Of a stretch of DNA of 46,203 bases, positions 26,780-35,917 are shown one piece after another. Every line of letters begins with the position of its first letter. The stretch's first letter is position 1. The position numbers and the translations under genes are program-made. Source of the DNA: a virus (taxonomy: Duplodnaviria > Caudoviricetes); the IMG/VR virus record IMGVR_UViG_3300027815_000011, positions 1 to 46,203 of that record. One strand, 5' to 3'. Under the pieces are notes generated by a model. It was not told the DNA's origin. It saw only the letters and a program-made list of their open reading frames with translations, and made no database searches.

Positions 26780-27772
26780 TTGATAATCACCCGCACCCCC
26801 TACCGCATGTCGTTCTTCGGCGGCGGCTCGGATAACCGAGAGTGGTACGAACGAAACGGCGGATGCATCCTCACTTCATCGCTCAACAAATACTGCTACC
26901 TGTCTGCGCGCCGCCTGCCCCCGTTCTTCGACTACAAGCACCGCATCGTCTGGTCGAAACTTGAGACGGTCAACAGCGCGGAAGAAATCGAGCACCCTGC
27001 GATTCGCGCCTGCCTCAAGTATGCCGGCATCAATTACGGCGTCGAGATTCATCATGACGGCGACCTGCCGGCGCGCTCCGGGCTTGGATCGTCGTCCGCC
27101 TTCACGGTGGGCCTGCTGCACGCGCTCCACGGTCTTGAGTCGGAATCGCGCTCGCGCCGCGCGCTCGCCGTGGAAGCCATCGAAGTCGAGCAGGTGATAT
27201 TGAAGGAAGCGGTCGGCATTCAGGATCAGATCGAGTGCGCGCACGGCGGGCTGAACATGATTACGATCGGCACGGACGGCTCGTGGTACGTCGAGCCGGT
27301 GGTGCTGCCAAAGGCGCGGCTGGAGGAATTTCAGAACCACATCATGCTCTTCTACACCGGCCAGACGCGCTTCTCGTCGCAAATCTCGGCGGCAACGGTG
27401 GCGGCGATTGCGAGCGGCGTCAAAGACCCGGAGCTTCACAAGCTGGCCGGCATGGCGCGAGAGGCGCACGATATCCTGACATCCGGGGCGAGCCTGAAGC
27501 CACTGGGCCAGATGCTCGACCTGTCGTGGCAGATCAAGCGCCGCATGAGTCCGGCGGTCACGACGGAACGCATTGACGAAATGTACTGGGCGGCCCGGCA
27601 CGCCGGCGCTCTTGGCGGTAAACTCCTGGGTGCAGGCGGTGGCGGCTTCATGATGCTGATGGTCGAACCCGACGATCAGGCGCGCGTGAGGGCCGCACTC
27701 GCCAACTTTCTGGAGATTCCGTTTGCCTTCGACTTTACCGGCACGCAGACGATTTTCGTGAATGGCGGATAA
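26780..27772 (+). CDS. hddA: GHMP kinase, D-glycero-D-manno-heptose-7-phosphate kinase-like
   Basis: TPYRMSFFGGGSD, DLPARSGLGSSS, GIQDQ, GGKLLGAGGGGF; TTG start inferred. Confidence 0.8.
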   Translation: MIITRTPYRMSFFGGGSDNREWYERNGGCILTSSLNKYCYLSARRLPPFFDYKHRIVWSKLETVNSAEEIEHPAIRACLKYAGINYGVEIHHDGDLPARSGLGSSSAFTVGLLHALHGLESESRSRRALAVEAIEVEQVILKEAVGIQDQIECAHGGLNMITIGTDGSWYVEPVVLPKARLEEFQNHIMLFYTGQTRFSSQISAATVAAIASGVKDPELHKLAGMAREAHDILTSGASLKPLGQMLDLSWQIKRRMSPAVTTERIDEMYWAARHAGALGGKLLGAGGGGFMMLMVEPDDQARVRAALANFLEIPFAFDFTGTQTIFVNGG

Positions 27773-27778
27773 GTAAAA

Positions 27779-28576
27779 GTGAAACACATTGTCCAATTCT
27801 CTGGCGGTGGCGGCTCCTGGATGGCCGCAAAGCGCGTCGCGGCGCGATACGGCACGCAGGACATGACGTTGCTGTTCTGCGACACGCTCATAGAAGATGC
27901 GGACCTATACCGCTTCCTACATGAGGCGGCGGCAAACGTCGGCGCTCCGCTTGTCATCATCGCGGAAGGCCGCACGCCATTCGAGGTATACCGTGATACG
28001 AGATTCTTAGGCAATAGCAAGGTTGCGAAATGCAGCGGTGAACTGAAAATGAAGATGGCCGATGCGTGGAAAAAAAAGCATTGCGATCCTGCTGATACCT
28101 GCATCTACATCGGCATCGACTGGACTGAATCACATCGTTTTGAAGGTGCACACGGCAAAGGATTTAAAAATAGAATGGCTGAGCTTGGATGGCGGTGCGA
28201 AGCCCCGTTGTGTGAGAGCCCGTATTTGACCAAGGCAGATATTCTGTCCGCGATGAAAGCTGACGGGCTGAAACCTCCCTTGATGTACGAGCAGGGATTC
28301 GCTCACAACAACTGCGGTGGGCGGTGTTGCAAAGCTGGTCAAGGGCATTGGGCGCGCATGCTCGCGGTACGGCCAGACTCGTATGCGCAAAGCGAACGCG
28401 AGGAAAACGAATTGCGCGCAATGCTTGGAGACGTGTCCATGTTGTCGGATCGCGCTGGAGACGGAAAGAAAAAAGTGCTGACGCTGACCATGCTACGTGA
28501 GCGCATCAAAACTGGTGCGCAGATCGACATGTACGAAATTGGCGGCTGTGGCTGCTTTTCCGAAGAAGCTACGTGA
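27779..28576 (+). CDS. PAPS-reductase-like PP-loop protein with Cys clusters
   Basis: FSGGGGSW, FCDTLIEDADLYRFL, HNNCGGRCCK, GGCGCF. Confidence 0.75.
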   Translation: MKHIVQFSGGGGSWMAAKRVAARYGTQDMTLLFCDTLIEDADLYRFLHEAAANVGAPLVIIAEGRTPFEVYRDTRFLGNSKVAKCSGELKMKMADAWKKKHCDPADTCIYIGIDWTESHRFEGAHGKGFKNRMAELGWRCEAPLCESPYLTKADILSAMKADGLKPPLMYEQGFAHNNCGGRCCKAGQGHWARMLAVRPDSYAQSEREENELRAMLGDVSMLSDRAGDGKKKVLTLTMLRERIKTGAQIDMYEIGGCGCFSEEAT

Positions 28577-28577
28577 A

Positions 28578-30569
28578 GTGAGCGACAAGGCTCTACTACA
28601 GGCAATTTCAGAAGATCGGGCGCTCGGCTGCTCAATCGTATTCTCGCATCGGCACACGCACGTCTCGCCGCCGATGCATCTCGAAATCATCGACCTGTGG
28701 CGCTGCCAAGACGAGCTTGTACTGATCGAAGCCTTCCGCGACGCCGCCAAATCAACGCTCAGCGAAGAATTCCTGTGTCTCGAAGGCGCGTTTGGCAACT
28801 TCCACTACACGCTTCTCGTTGGCGAAACCTACGCCAAGGCGTGCCAGCGGCTTGAGTCGATCGCCTTCGAGAGCCGCCACAACATCAAGCTGAAGGCGCT
28901 CTTCGGCAACATCCTCGAAAAAAAGCCGATCGAGAACAAAATCTGGTTCGCCAGCGGCGCGATGATCGAAGCCGTGGGCTGGGAGCAGGAGCTGCGCGGC
29001 TACAAGCACCGCGACCGGCGCCCTGACCGCGCCTACCTGGACGACGTTGAAAATCTGGAGCGCGTGCGCTCGACCGAAGCCGTCGACCTGACCATGAAGA
29101 AAATCTGGCGCGAGTTGGTGCCGGCCATGGATAGCGCCAACCGCAAGATTCGCATCACGCAGACCCCGCTCGCCGCCGATTGCATGGTGACGCGGCTGCG
29201 GGCAACGCCAGACTTCATCACGCGCTCGTTTCCAATCGCCAACGGCGACATTGACGATCCGCGCACCGAGTCGGCGTGGCCTGATCGCTTCCCGATGGAG
29301 TGGATACGCAAGGAGCGAGACACGTACGCCGCTGCCGGCATGCTGCGGGAATTCATGCAGGAGCGCATGCTGGAAGTGGATTCCGCCGACACCAAGCCGT
29401 TTACCGAGGAAATGCTGCGCTCGGTGGACGTAGCGCCCTGCGATTGGCTGCCGAAGGCGGCTATTTTCGATCCGGCCCGCACGGCGAGCCTGTCGAAGTC
29501 GGATCGCACCGGAAAAGTGGTCGTCTCCCGGTTCGGCAGCAAGATCATCGTCCACGAATCGTCTGGAAACTTCTGGAAACCCGATCAGATCCGGGCTGAC
29601 GTGTTCGACACCGTGGACAAGCACCACTGCGAGGTCGGAATCGAGAAAAACTCGCTCGATGAGTTCCTGTTGCAGCCGATTCGCTACGAAATGCTGCGGC
29701 GCGGCATGACTTTCCCGCTGAAAGGGTTGCAGGCTCCGCAGGATCGCAACAAACAGGGCTTCATCATGGGCCTGCACCCGTTTTTTTCAGCCGGCGAGAT
29801 CGTTTTGGTCGGTGGTCGCGGCTCGCACGCGCAACTGGTGGCCGAAATCCTCAATTTCCCCGGCGGTAGGCTTGATATTCTCAACGCGCTCGCCTACAGT
29901 CTGCGAATGTTCGCCGGGCAGCCAGTCTATGAGGACTTCGGAGATGAGAACGTCGCGCAATCCGCTGCCCCGCGTAACGGCGAGACCGTCTACTGCGCTT
30001 GGAACGCTTCTCCATCCGAAGTCGTCTGCGTCGCCATACTCAGTAGTGGTCGTCACTACTCGGTCGCCGCCGACTGGGCCGCTGGTGGCCCCACGCTTGA
30101 CGCTGCGCGCGGCATTGCGCTGGACATGCGCGTGAAATATGCGCGCGCCCGGATCGAAACCCATGTGCCAGCCGAGTTGCACGACAACTGGAGCCGGATC
30201 GCGCTGGTGCCGGCGCTGCGCGAGTTGAAGTTCACGCCGTTTCGCAGCGAGCATATGGCGGCGGCGCGCGGGAGCCTTGCCGAATTGCTGCGAACCACCG
30301 TGCGTAACCGCCGCTGCCTGACGGTGGACAGGGCGGCGTCGAACTCGCTGCGCGCGCTTTGCGGCGGATACAAGTACCCTATTCAGCAGGGAGGTCGCAC
30401 CGGGGCCGAACCCGAGCCGGGCATCGCCCGTTTGACAGGTGAGGCGATTGAGTGCTTACTTGCGACTTTACAGGCCGGCGCTTCGAACGCGCAGCCTGCT
30501 GGCGCGAATTATGGAACGAATGTTCAAGGGCAGCGGTACATGACGGCTCTTCCAAACAGGAACAGGTGA
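28578..30569 (+). CDS. terminase large subunit
   Basis: Walker A-like EAFRDAAKST, LRG...RPD..YLDDVE, WPDRF, nuclease DPA, FP.G..D; upstream of the portal. Confidence 0.9.
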   Translation: MSDKALLQAISEDRALGCSIVFSHRHTHVSPPMHLEIIDLWRCQDELVLIEAFRDAAKSTLSEEFLCLEGAFGNFHYTLLVGETYAKACQRLESIAFESRHNIKLKALFGNILEKKPIENKIWFASGAMIEAVGWEQELRGYKHRDRRPDRAYLDDVENLERVRSTEAVDLTMKKIWRELVPAMDSANRKIRITQTPLAADCMVTRLRATPDFITRSFPIANGDIDDPRTESAWPDRFPMEWIRKERDTYAAAGMLREFMQERMLEVDSADTKPFTEEMLRSVDVAPCDWLPKAAIFDPARTASLSKSDRTGKVVVSRFGSKIIVHESSGNFWKPDQIRADVFDTVDKHHCEVGIEKNSLDEFLLQPIRYEMLRRGMTFPLKGLQAPQDRNKQGFIMGLHPFFSAGEIVLVGGRGSHAQLVAEILNFPGGRLDILNALAYSLRMFAGQPVYEDFGDENVAQSAAPRNGETVYCAWNASPSEVVCVAILSSGRHYSVAADWAAGGPTLDAARGIALDMRVKYARARIETHVPAELHDNWSRIALVPALRELKFTPFRSEHMAAARGSLAELLRTTVRNRRCLTVDRAASNSLRALCGGYKYPIQQGGRTGAEPEPGIARLTGEAIECLLATLQAGASNAQPAGANYGTNVQGQRYMTALPNRNR

Positions 30570-30579
30570 CAACATCTTT

Positions 30580-30756
30580 ATGAAGGAGAAAAACGTGAAA
30601 TCAGCGGCGGTCGTAACTATCAAGAAGCCCGGCGCAATGACAAAGCGCGGAAGAAAGTCCATCGCAGCTTGGTTGCGGAGGCAGGCTCGATACTTGGAGC
30701 GCAGTTTGAATTACACGGATACTGGCAACTTCACGGCGCGGTACATCTACCGATGA
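30580..30756 (+). CDS. hypothetical basic protein
   Basis: 58 aa ORF; alternative GTG start at 30595 after AAGGAG. Confidence 0.55.
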   Translation: MKEKNVKSAAVVTIKKPGAMTKRGRKSIAAWLRRQARYLERSLNYTDTGNFTARYIYR

Positions 30757-30816
30757 ACGGATGGGGAATTACATATTTAACTCCACCGGGTGATGGATAA
30801 CCCAAAGGAGAATCAA

Positions 30817-31092
30817 ATGCACTACAAGAACGGCAGAGAAGCAAAGAATGGCGACAAAGTGATGGTGTTCCCGGGTTATGGGCCGGCCTACGTCGGCGTC
30901 ATGTACGACTCGGTGGCGGGGAACGATTTCTGCAACGGGAAGATCGCGGTGATCTCGCCGACCGACCAAATGGTGAATCTGCAAGAGGCGCTCCACCTTG
31001 ACGACGTGAGGGGCCTCATTCCGGTTGTGGTCGCGATGCAGGGGAACGTAACCGGGTTGAATCTGGCAGCGGTGCCGGACACGTCGAAGTAG
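30817..31092 (+). CDS. hypothetical phage protein
   Basis: AAGGAG RBS; MHYKNGREAKNGD. Confidence 0.75.
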   Translation: MHYKNGREAKNGDKVMVFPGYGPAYVGVMYDSVAGNDFCNGKIAVISPTDQMVNLQEALHLDDVRGLIPVVVAMQGNVTGLNLAAVPDTSK

Positions 31093-31134
31093 GGAGTTAA
31101 CTATATAAATCCCAACGGATGCGCGTAACTGAAT

Positions 31135-33354
31135 ATGGCGAAAAAAGCAAAAGAGCCGAAATCCGACACCGTGGACTCGCGCGCTGCCCCGGGCACGCTA
31201 GAATCCGGGAAGGCCGATATCGAGAACTGGGCCGAGAAAGAGGACTCCGCTGCATATAAGGAAGCCCTGCGCCTGTATCCGCTGATTCAATCGGCCTACG
31301 ACAATCAGGCAGAGGCGGCACGGCAGATCGAAGAGTTCTGGAACATTTTTAATGGCCAGCCCGACTCGAACCTGCAATACGCTGGCAACTCGCAGGGCTA
31401 CGTGCCCGTCGTTCGAGACGCTGTAAATGCCAGAGCGAAGCGCGCGCTCAAACAGCTTTTTCCGGTAAAGCATAAGCACGTCGAGGCCGTTGGCTCCGAC
31501 GCCGAGACGCCATACCCGCAACTCGCGCTCCTCGAGCACTACATCCGCAAGCTGAAGCTCAAAGACATCGTGCGCTCCGACCTGGTGGCCGGCGACGTGA
31601 CGGGCCAGTGGAATCTCTACATCGACTGGACGAGCAGCTACCGGCGCGTGACCGAGCTGGTGAAGCGCAACCCGATCATGGAAACCGTCGAGGGCGAGGA
31701 CGTTGGCCTGACCGACCCGACCGAGGAAGTCGATGAAGTCGAGGAAACCGACATTCTGGAGGAAGGCCCGGAGGTCGTGGATTTCGCAACCGAGGATCTG
31801 GCGGTTATCCCCCCGACCTGCAACGATATCGACAAGGCGACGGCTACCTCCATCATCCTCAGAATGTCGAAGGCGCGCGTCAAGCAGATGGTGGACGAAG
31901 GCGTTTTCATGCTGCCCGACAAGAAGGACATTTCGGCGTGGACTGAGCAGCAGGGCAAGTGGGCTGGCGAGCGCGCGAAGCCGGCGGCTGACCAACGCTG
32001 TGAGAACGCCGGCATCCGGGTGGAGGGCACCGACGAGTACGCCGCCATCTACGAAGTCGCGGCCATGCTGGACTTCGAGGACCAGGCGAAGGGCGAGAAG
32101 GCGGTCAAGCAACTCGGCCTTATTTACTACTCCGGCGATCAGGAAGTCGTCGGCATCATCAAGGCTCCGTGGTGGGGCGGCAAGCGACCCATCCTGTCGG
32201 CGCCCATCGAGCGCATCAAGGGCAGCTTCCGCGGCGTCTCCAAGATCGAGCCGGTCAAGTTCATGCAGTGGCAGCTCGTGGACTTCTGGAACATGGGGCA
32301 GGATTCCGGCATGTACTCGATGCTGCCGATCGTGATGACCGATCCGCTGTCGAACCCGAACTATGCCTCGATGGTGTATGGGCTTGCCGCCGTGTGGGCG
32401 GTGGACCCGACGAAAACCAAGTTTGCCGAATTCCCGCAGTTGTGGAAAGAGGCGGCGAACATTTGCGACAACATGAAGCGCCAGATTTGGGAGTCGATGG
32501 ACGTAAACGAAATGATGATGGGCCGCATGCCGCCGGGCAGGAAGAATAACGGCATGATTGGCGCGGTGCAACAAGAGCAGATGACGAACATCATGGACCA
32601 CGCCGAACGCTACGAAACCGAGATGCTCGACCCGCTGGTGGAGCGCCTGTTTGAGTACGACCGGCAGTTCCGCACCAAGGCGCTGACCGTGCTGACGAAG
32701 GGCGAAGTCGGTGCCAAGGCTGCCATGATGGAAATCGAGCCGCAGCAGTTCGGCCAACGCTACTTCTTCCAGTGGGCGGGCACGAGCGAAGTGATGGGCA
32801 TGCAGCGTATGCAGCAGCAGATCGCCACCATGAACGTGTTGCGCGGAGTCCCGCCGCAGCAGTTGAATGGCCGCAAGCTCGATATCTCGCCCATCATCGA
32901 GAAGCTCGTGGAAAACGTGTTCGGCCCCGAATTGACGCCGCGCATCCTGATTGACGACCGCAACAAGTTCACGATCCCGCCGGAAGTCGAAAACGAGATC
33001 ATGCATAACGGCATCCCGGTTGACACCCACGAAGCCGACGACGACGTGCAGCACATTCAGTCCCACCAGTCGGCGGCGCGCATGACCCAAGACCCGGGCG
33101 GCCGGATGCGCGCGCACTTGGCGAAGCACGTCATGGCGCTGCGGGTAAAGCAGGAAATGCTGATGGGACAGCAGCAGGGTGCGCCCGGCGTGCCCGGTGC
33201 GCCCGGCCCATCGGTAGGCGGTGCCGCTGCGCCCGGAATGGCCGGCACGCCGCGACCCGGCGCGATGCCAGCGCCCGGACGCCCGGTGCAGCAGCCGGCC
33301 GGCGCCGTGCACGCCGACGCCATGGTTGACGCCGCCGTAGGGGGTCGCGGATGA
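31135..33354 (+). CDS. portal protein
   Basis: 739 aa between terminase and head genes; YVPVVRDAVNAR...LFP; Gln/Pro/Gly-rich C-terminus. Confidence 0.85.
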   Translation: MAKKAKEPKSDTVDSRAAPGTLESGKADIENWAEKEDSAAYKEALRLYPLIQSAYDNQAEAARQIEEFWNIFNGQPDSNLQYAGNSQGYVPVVRDAVNARAKRALKQLFPVKHKHVEAVGSDAETPYPQLALLEHYIRKLKLKDIVRSDLVAGDVTGQWNLYIDWTSSYRRVTELVKRNPIMETVEGEDVGLTDPTEEVDEVEETDILEEGPEVVDFATEDLAVIPPTCNDIDKATATSIILRMSKARVKQMVDEGVFMLPDKKDISAWTEQQGKWAGERAKPAADQRCENAGIRVEGTDEYAAIYEVAAMLDFEDQAKGEKAVKQLGLIYYSGDQEVVGIIKAPWWGGKRPILSAPIERIKGSFRGVSKIEPVKFMQWQLVDFWNMGQDSGMYSMLPIVMTDPLSNPNYASMVYGLAAVWAVDPTKTKFAEFPQLWKEAANICDNMKRQIWESMDVNEMMMGRMPPGRKNNGMIGAVQQEQMTNIMDHAERYETEMLDPLVERLFEYDRQFRTKALTVLTKGEVGAKAAMMEIEPQQFGQRYFFQWAGTSEVMGMQRMQQQIATMNVLRGVPPQQLNGRKLDISPIIEKLVENVFGPELTPRILIDDRNKFTIPPEVENEIMHNGIPVDTHEADDDVQHIQSHQSAARMTQDPGGRMRAHLAKHVMALRVKQEMLMGQQQGAPGVPGAPGPSVGGAAAPGMAGTPRPGAMPAPGRPVQQPAGAVHADAMVDAAVGGRG

Positions 33355-33758
33355 CGAAGCACGCTCTCGCACCGTGTCTCGGGATTCCAGTGGTCTACGA
33401 CCCGGGCCTGAAGAACATCTCGGACTCGCGCGGCATCTGGCGCTGGAAGAAGATCGTGATCGGCCCGAACTTCGCCAAGCTCTCGGAGCGCGAGCAGGGG
33501 GCCGTGCTGTTGCACGAGGCCGGGCACTGCCTGTTGCGCCATCTCGAAAAGCGGCTTACGATGACGTGGCTCGTTCTGGTGAATCCCGAGAAGTTGCTGC
33601 GGCTTTGCATCAATCAGGAGTACGAAGCCGACCAGTTCGCCGCTGTGCGCGGATACGGCGACGGGCTCGTGAAGTTGTTTTGCCGGATGGAAAATGCTGA
33701 CGGGACTTTCCACCCCGAATTGAGTAGCCGCATCGCGCGGTTACAAAAAGGAGATTGA
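33351..33758 (+). CDS. minimal M48-like zinc metallopeptidase
   Basis: AVLLHEAGH (HExxH), QEYEADQFA (third ligand), FHP...RIARL. Confidence 0.85.
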   Translation: MTKHALAPCLGIPVVYDPGLKNISDSRGIWRWKKIVIGPNFAKLSEREQGAVLLHEAGHCLLRHLEKRLTMTWLVLVNPEKLLRLCINQEYEADQFAAVRGYGDGLVKLFCRMENADGTFHPELSSRIARLQKGD

Positions 33759-34105
33759 TCATGGACGGGATGAAGCCATTCAGGCCGGCAGGCGACACCT
33801 TCATGGTGCTCGGTTCAACGCCCGCTACGGGCTACGTGACCCGCTCGGGAGGCCCGGTGGCGGGCGAGGTAACCTACCGTTTCCACAACCCCGGAACCGT
33901 TGACGCTTGGGTCGGCTATGGCATGACATCGGGTGCAGCACTCGCGAACGCGGCCATTCCTGCGGTGGGTGCGCCGCAGCCATCGCTCCCAATCCCCAAC
34001 GGGACGGTGAAGATTTTTACCCTCTCGCCGCTGCTTTTTTTCTGCGCGGTGGTGGCCTCCGGGAAAGCCGAACTGACGGTAACACCGGGCGATGGATTTG
34101 ACTGA
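33755..34105 (+). CDS. hypothetical virion-associated beta-rich protein
   Basis: AGGAG RBS; ends in TPGDG; in the head module. Confidence 0.65.
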   Translation: MIMDGMKPFRPAGDTFMVLGSTPATGYVTRSGGPVAGEVTYRFHNPGTVDAWVGYGMTSGAALANAAIPAVGAPQPSLPIPNGTVKIFTLSPLLFFCAVVASGKAELTVTPGDGFD

Positions 34106-34109
34106 TAAC

Positions 34110-34138
34110 TTGACATTCAATTTTTTTGGCCACAAAAT
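34110..34138 (+). promoter_or_regulatory. sigma-70-like promoter for the head genes
   Basis: TTGACA-17 nt-CAAAAT in an AT-rich gap. Confidence 0.65.
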
Positions 34139-34185
34139 GAAGTGAGCGACCACTCTTTTCGTAAATTTTCGCACAGGAGAGCACC

Positions 34186-34737
34186 ATGTTTTCACTGTCC
34201 TATCTGATCCGCTTTTTCGTGGCGCTTGTGCTCTCGTTCCTGCGCCTTGCCATCACCCCGGTCAAGACCACCACGCCCCCCGGCAGCATTGAAATCCTCG
34301 GGGCAATGCCCACTCAAAGCGGGCTTGTCGGGGCTGTCACGGATTTGATCAATAACGCGGCCCCCGCCTTCGGTAATATGGATCAGGTGCCCCTGTCGGG
34401 CGTGACAAATACCTGGTCTGCGGCAGCGATGGTGGGCGGCATAATCAGGCGCTACGGTGCGCAGTCATCCGCTGACCTGACGGACACGGCAACCAACATC
34501 GTTAATTCGATACCTGGGGCCAAGGTAAACCAGACATTCCCGCTTTGGGTGGCGAACATGGGCTTGGGCACCGCGACCCCGGCTGGCGGCACCGGCGTCA
34601 CCTTGATAGGCACCAGCACCATTTCGATGCAGTGCGTCAAGCTGTACCTCGGTCGGGTCACCGGCAGCGCGGCGGTTTCTCTCACCAGTTGCTTCCAATT
34701 CGGCGGCCAAAGCCCCGGCGGGATCTCGGTATCGTAA
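34186..34737 (+). CDS. putative head decoration protein with an N-terminal leader
   Basis: AGGAG RBS; hydrophobic leader ending SFLRLA; paralogous to 35441..35917. Confidence 0.6.
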   Translation: MFSLSYLIRFFVALVLSFLRLAITPVKTTTPPGSIEILGAMPTQSGLVGAVTDLINNAAPAFGNMDQVPLSGVTNTWSAAAMVGGIIRRYGAQSSADLTDTATNIVNSIPGAKVNQTFPLWVANMGLGTATPAGGTGVTLIGTSTISMQCVKLYLGRVTGSAAVSLTSCFQFGGQSPGGISVS

Positions 34738-35429
34738 TGCTCACCCGCGTCCAAGACGACAAGCCTGCCGTAAAGTTTGCGATCTGCCTGCCGTCAAACG
34801 GCATGTGGCACGCAGACTTCGGCATGTCGCTTGCCCAGATGTGCGTCTACATGTCCACCAAGCTCTTTGAGAACGATCAGGACCGGCAGGTAATCGTGCT
34901 CGACAAGCGGACCTCGATGCTGCCGCGTTCCCGGCAGGAGTTGCTTGAGGACGCGCTGCTTCAGGAGTGCACGCACGCCCTGATGCTCGACTCCGACCAG
35001 GCTTTCCCCTGCGATACCGCGCACCGCCTGATGGCGTGGAAGAAGCCGGTAGTCGCCTGCAACATCGCGGTCAAGACCAATCCCTCGTTTCCGACAGCGC
35101 GGGGGCGGGGCGCGACCTGCTTTGGCGTGCCGATCACCTCGGAAGCGCCGAAAACAGGCTTGGAGAAGGTCTGGCGCATCGGTTGTGGCATCATGATGAT
35201 CGACCTGTCGATCCTGAAGAACGTGCCGAAGCCATGGTTCGAAATCTGCTACTCCCGGAAGAACGATCAGTTCATCGGTGAGGACTGGTATTTTGTCGGC
35301 AAGGTCGAAGCCGCAGGCCACGACGTTTACGTTGACCACGGCCTGTCGCGCGAAATCGGCCACATCGGCCAGTTCAATTTCACGCACTGCAACATTCCAG
35401 AATTGCCTGCCGAATTGGCTGCGGCCTGA
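34737..35429 (+). CDS. glycosyltransferase family 2-like protein
   Basis: THALMLDSD (DxD), IGCGIMMI, PKPWF, GEDWYF, IGHIG; TAATG coupling. Confidence 0.8.
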   Translation: MLTRVQDDKPAVKFAICLPSNGMWHADFGMSLAQMCVYMSTKLFENDQDRQVIVLDKRTSMLPRSRQELLEDALLQECTHALMLDSDQAFPCDTAHRLMAWKKPVVACNIAVKTNPSFPTARGRGATCFGVPITSEAPKTGLEKVWRIGCGIMMIDLSILKNVPKPWFEICYSRKNDQFIGEDWYFVGKVEAAGHDVYVDHGLSREIGHIGQFNFTHCNIPELPAELAAA

Positions 35430-35440
35430 CGGAGAAAACC

Positions 35441-35917
35441 ATGAACTTCAAATCTTTCCTGCGCCCGGCCATCGTGTTCCCGATCCCGCTCGGCATCACG
35501 CCCGACAAGACGGGGGCGAATGGGCTGTTTGGTCTCATGCAGAACATGAACAAGTACGCGATCACCCCGAGTTCGGTTGCATCCGCTGGCACCGCGATCA
35601 CCCTGACGGCGGCCCAGTTGGTTGGCGGCGCTGTACAGGTGAACACCGGGGCGAGCGGCGGCTTCACGATCACCACGCCCACGGCGAGCGGCATCGTTGC
35701 CGAGCTTGGCGACACCGTGCCGCTGGACGGCACATTCTCGAAACAGATCGACATCGTGAACAACAACGCCGGGCAGACCGGAACTCTCACGGCGGGCACC
35801 GGCGTCACCCTCGTCGGCACGCTGACCATCGCCACCGACACCAAACGCTCGTTCATCATGCGCACCATGAGTTCCGCTGCCGTCACCATTACTAACATTG
35901 GGAGCCTTAGCCTGTGA
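35441..35917 (+). CDS. putative head decoration protein with an N-terminal leader
   Basis: GGAG RBS; MNFKSFLRPA; Thr-rich; AGTGVTLVG. Confidence 0.6.
   Translation: MNFKSFLRPAIVFPIPLGITPDKTGANGLFGLMQNMNKYAITPSSVASAGTAITLTAAQLVGGAVQVNTGASGGFTITTPTASGIVAELGDTVPLDGTFSKQIDIVNNNAGQTGTLTAGTGVTLVGTLTIATDTKRSFIMRTMSSAAVTITNIGSLSL

Noticed and set aside
31198-33372. Long antisense ORFs (724 aa here; 609 aa at 36520..38349; others)
   Set aside because: They mirror well-supported high-GC genes on the other strand and have no motifs.
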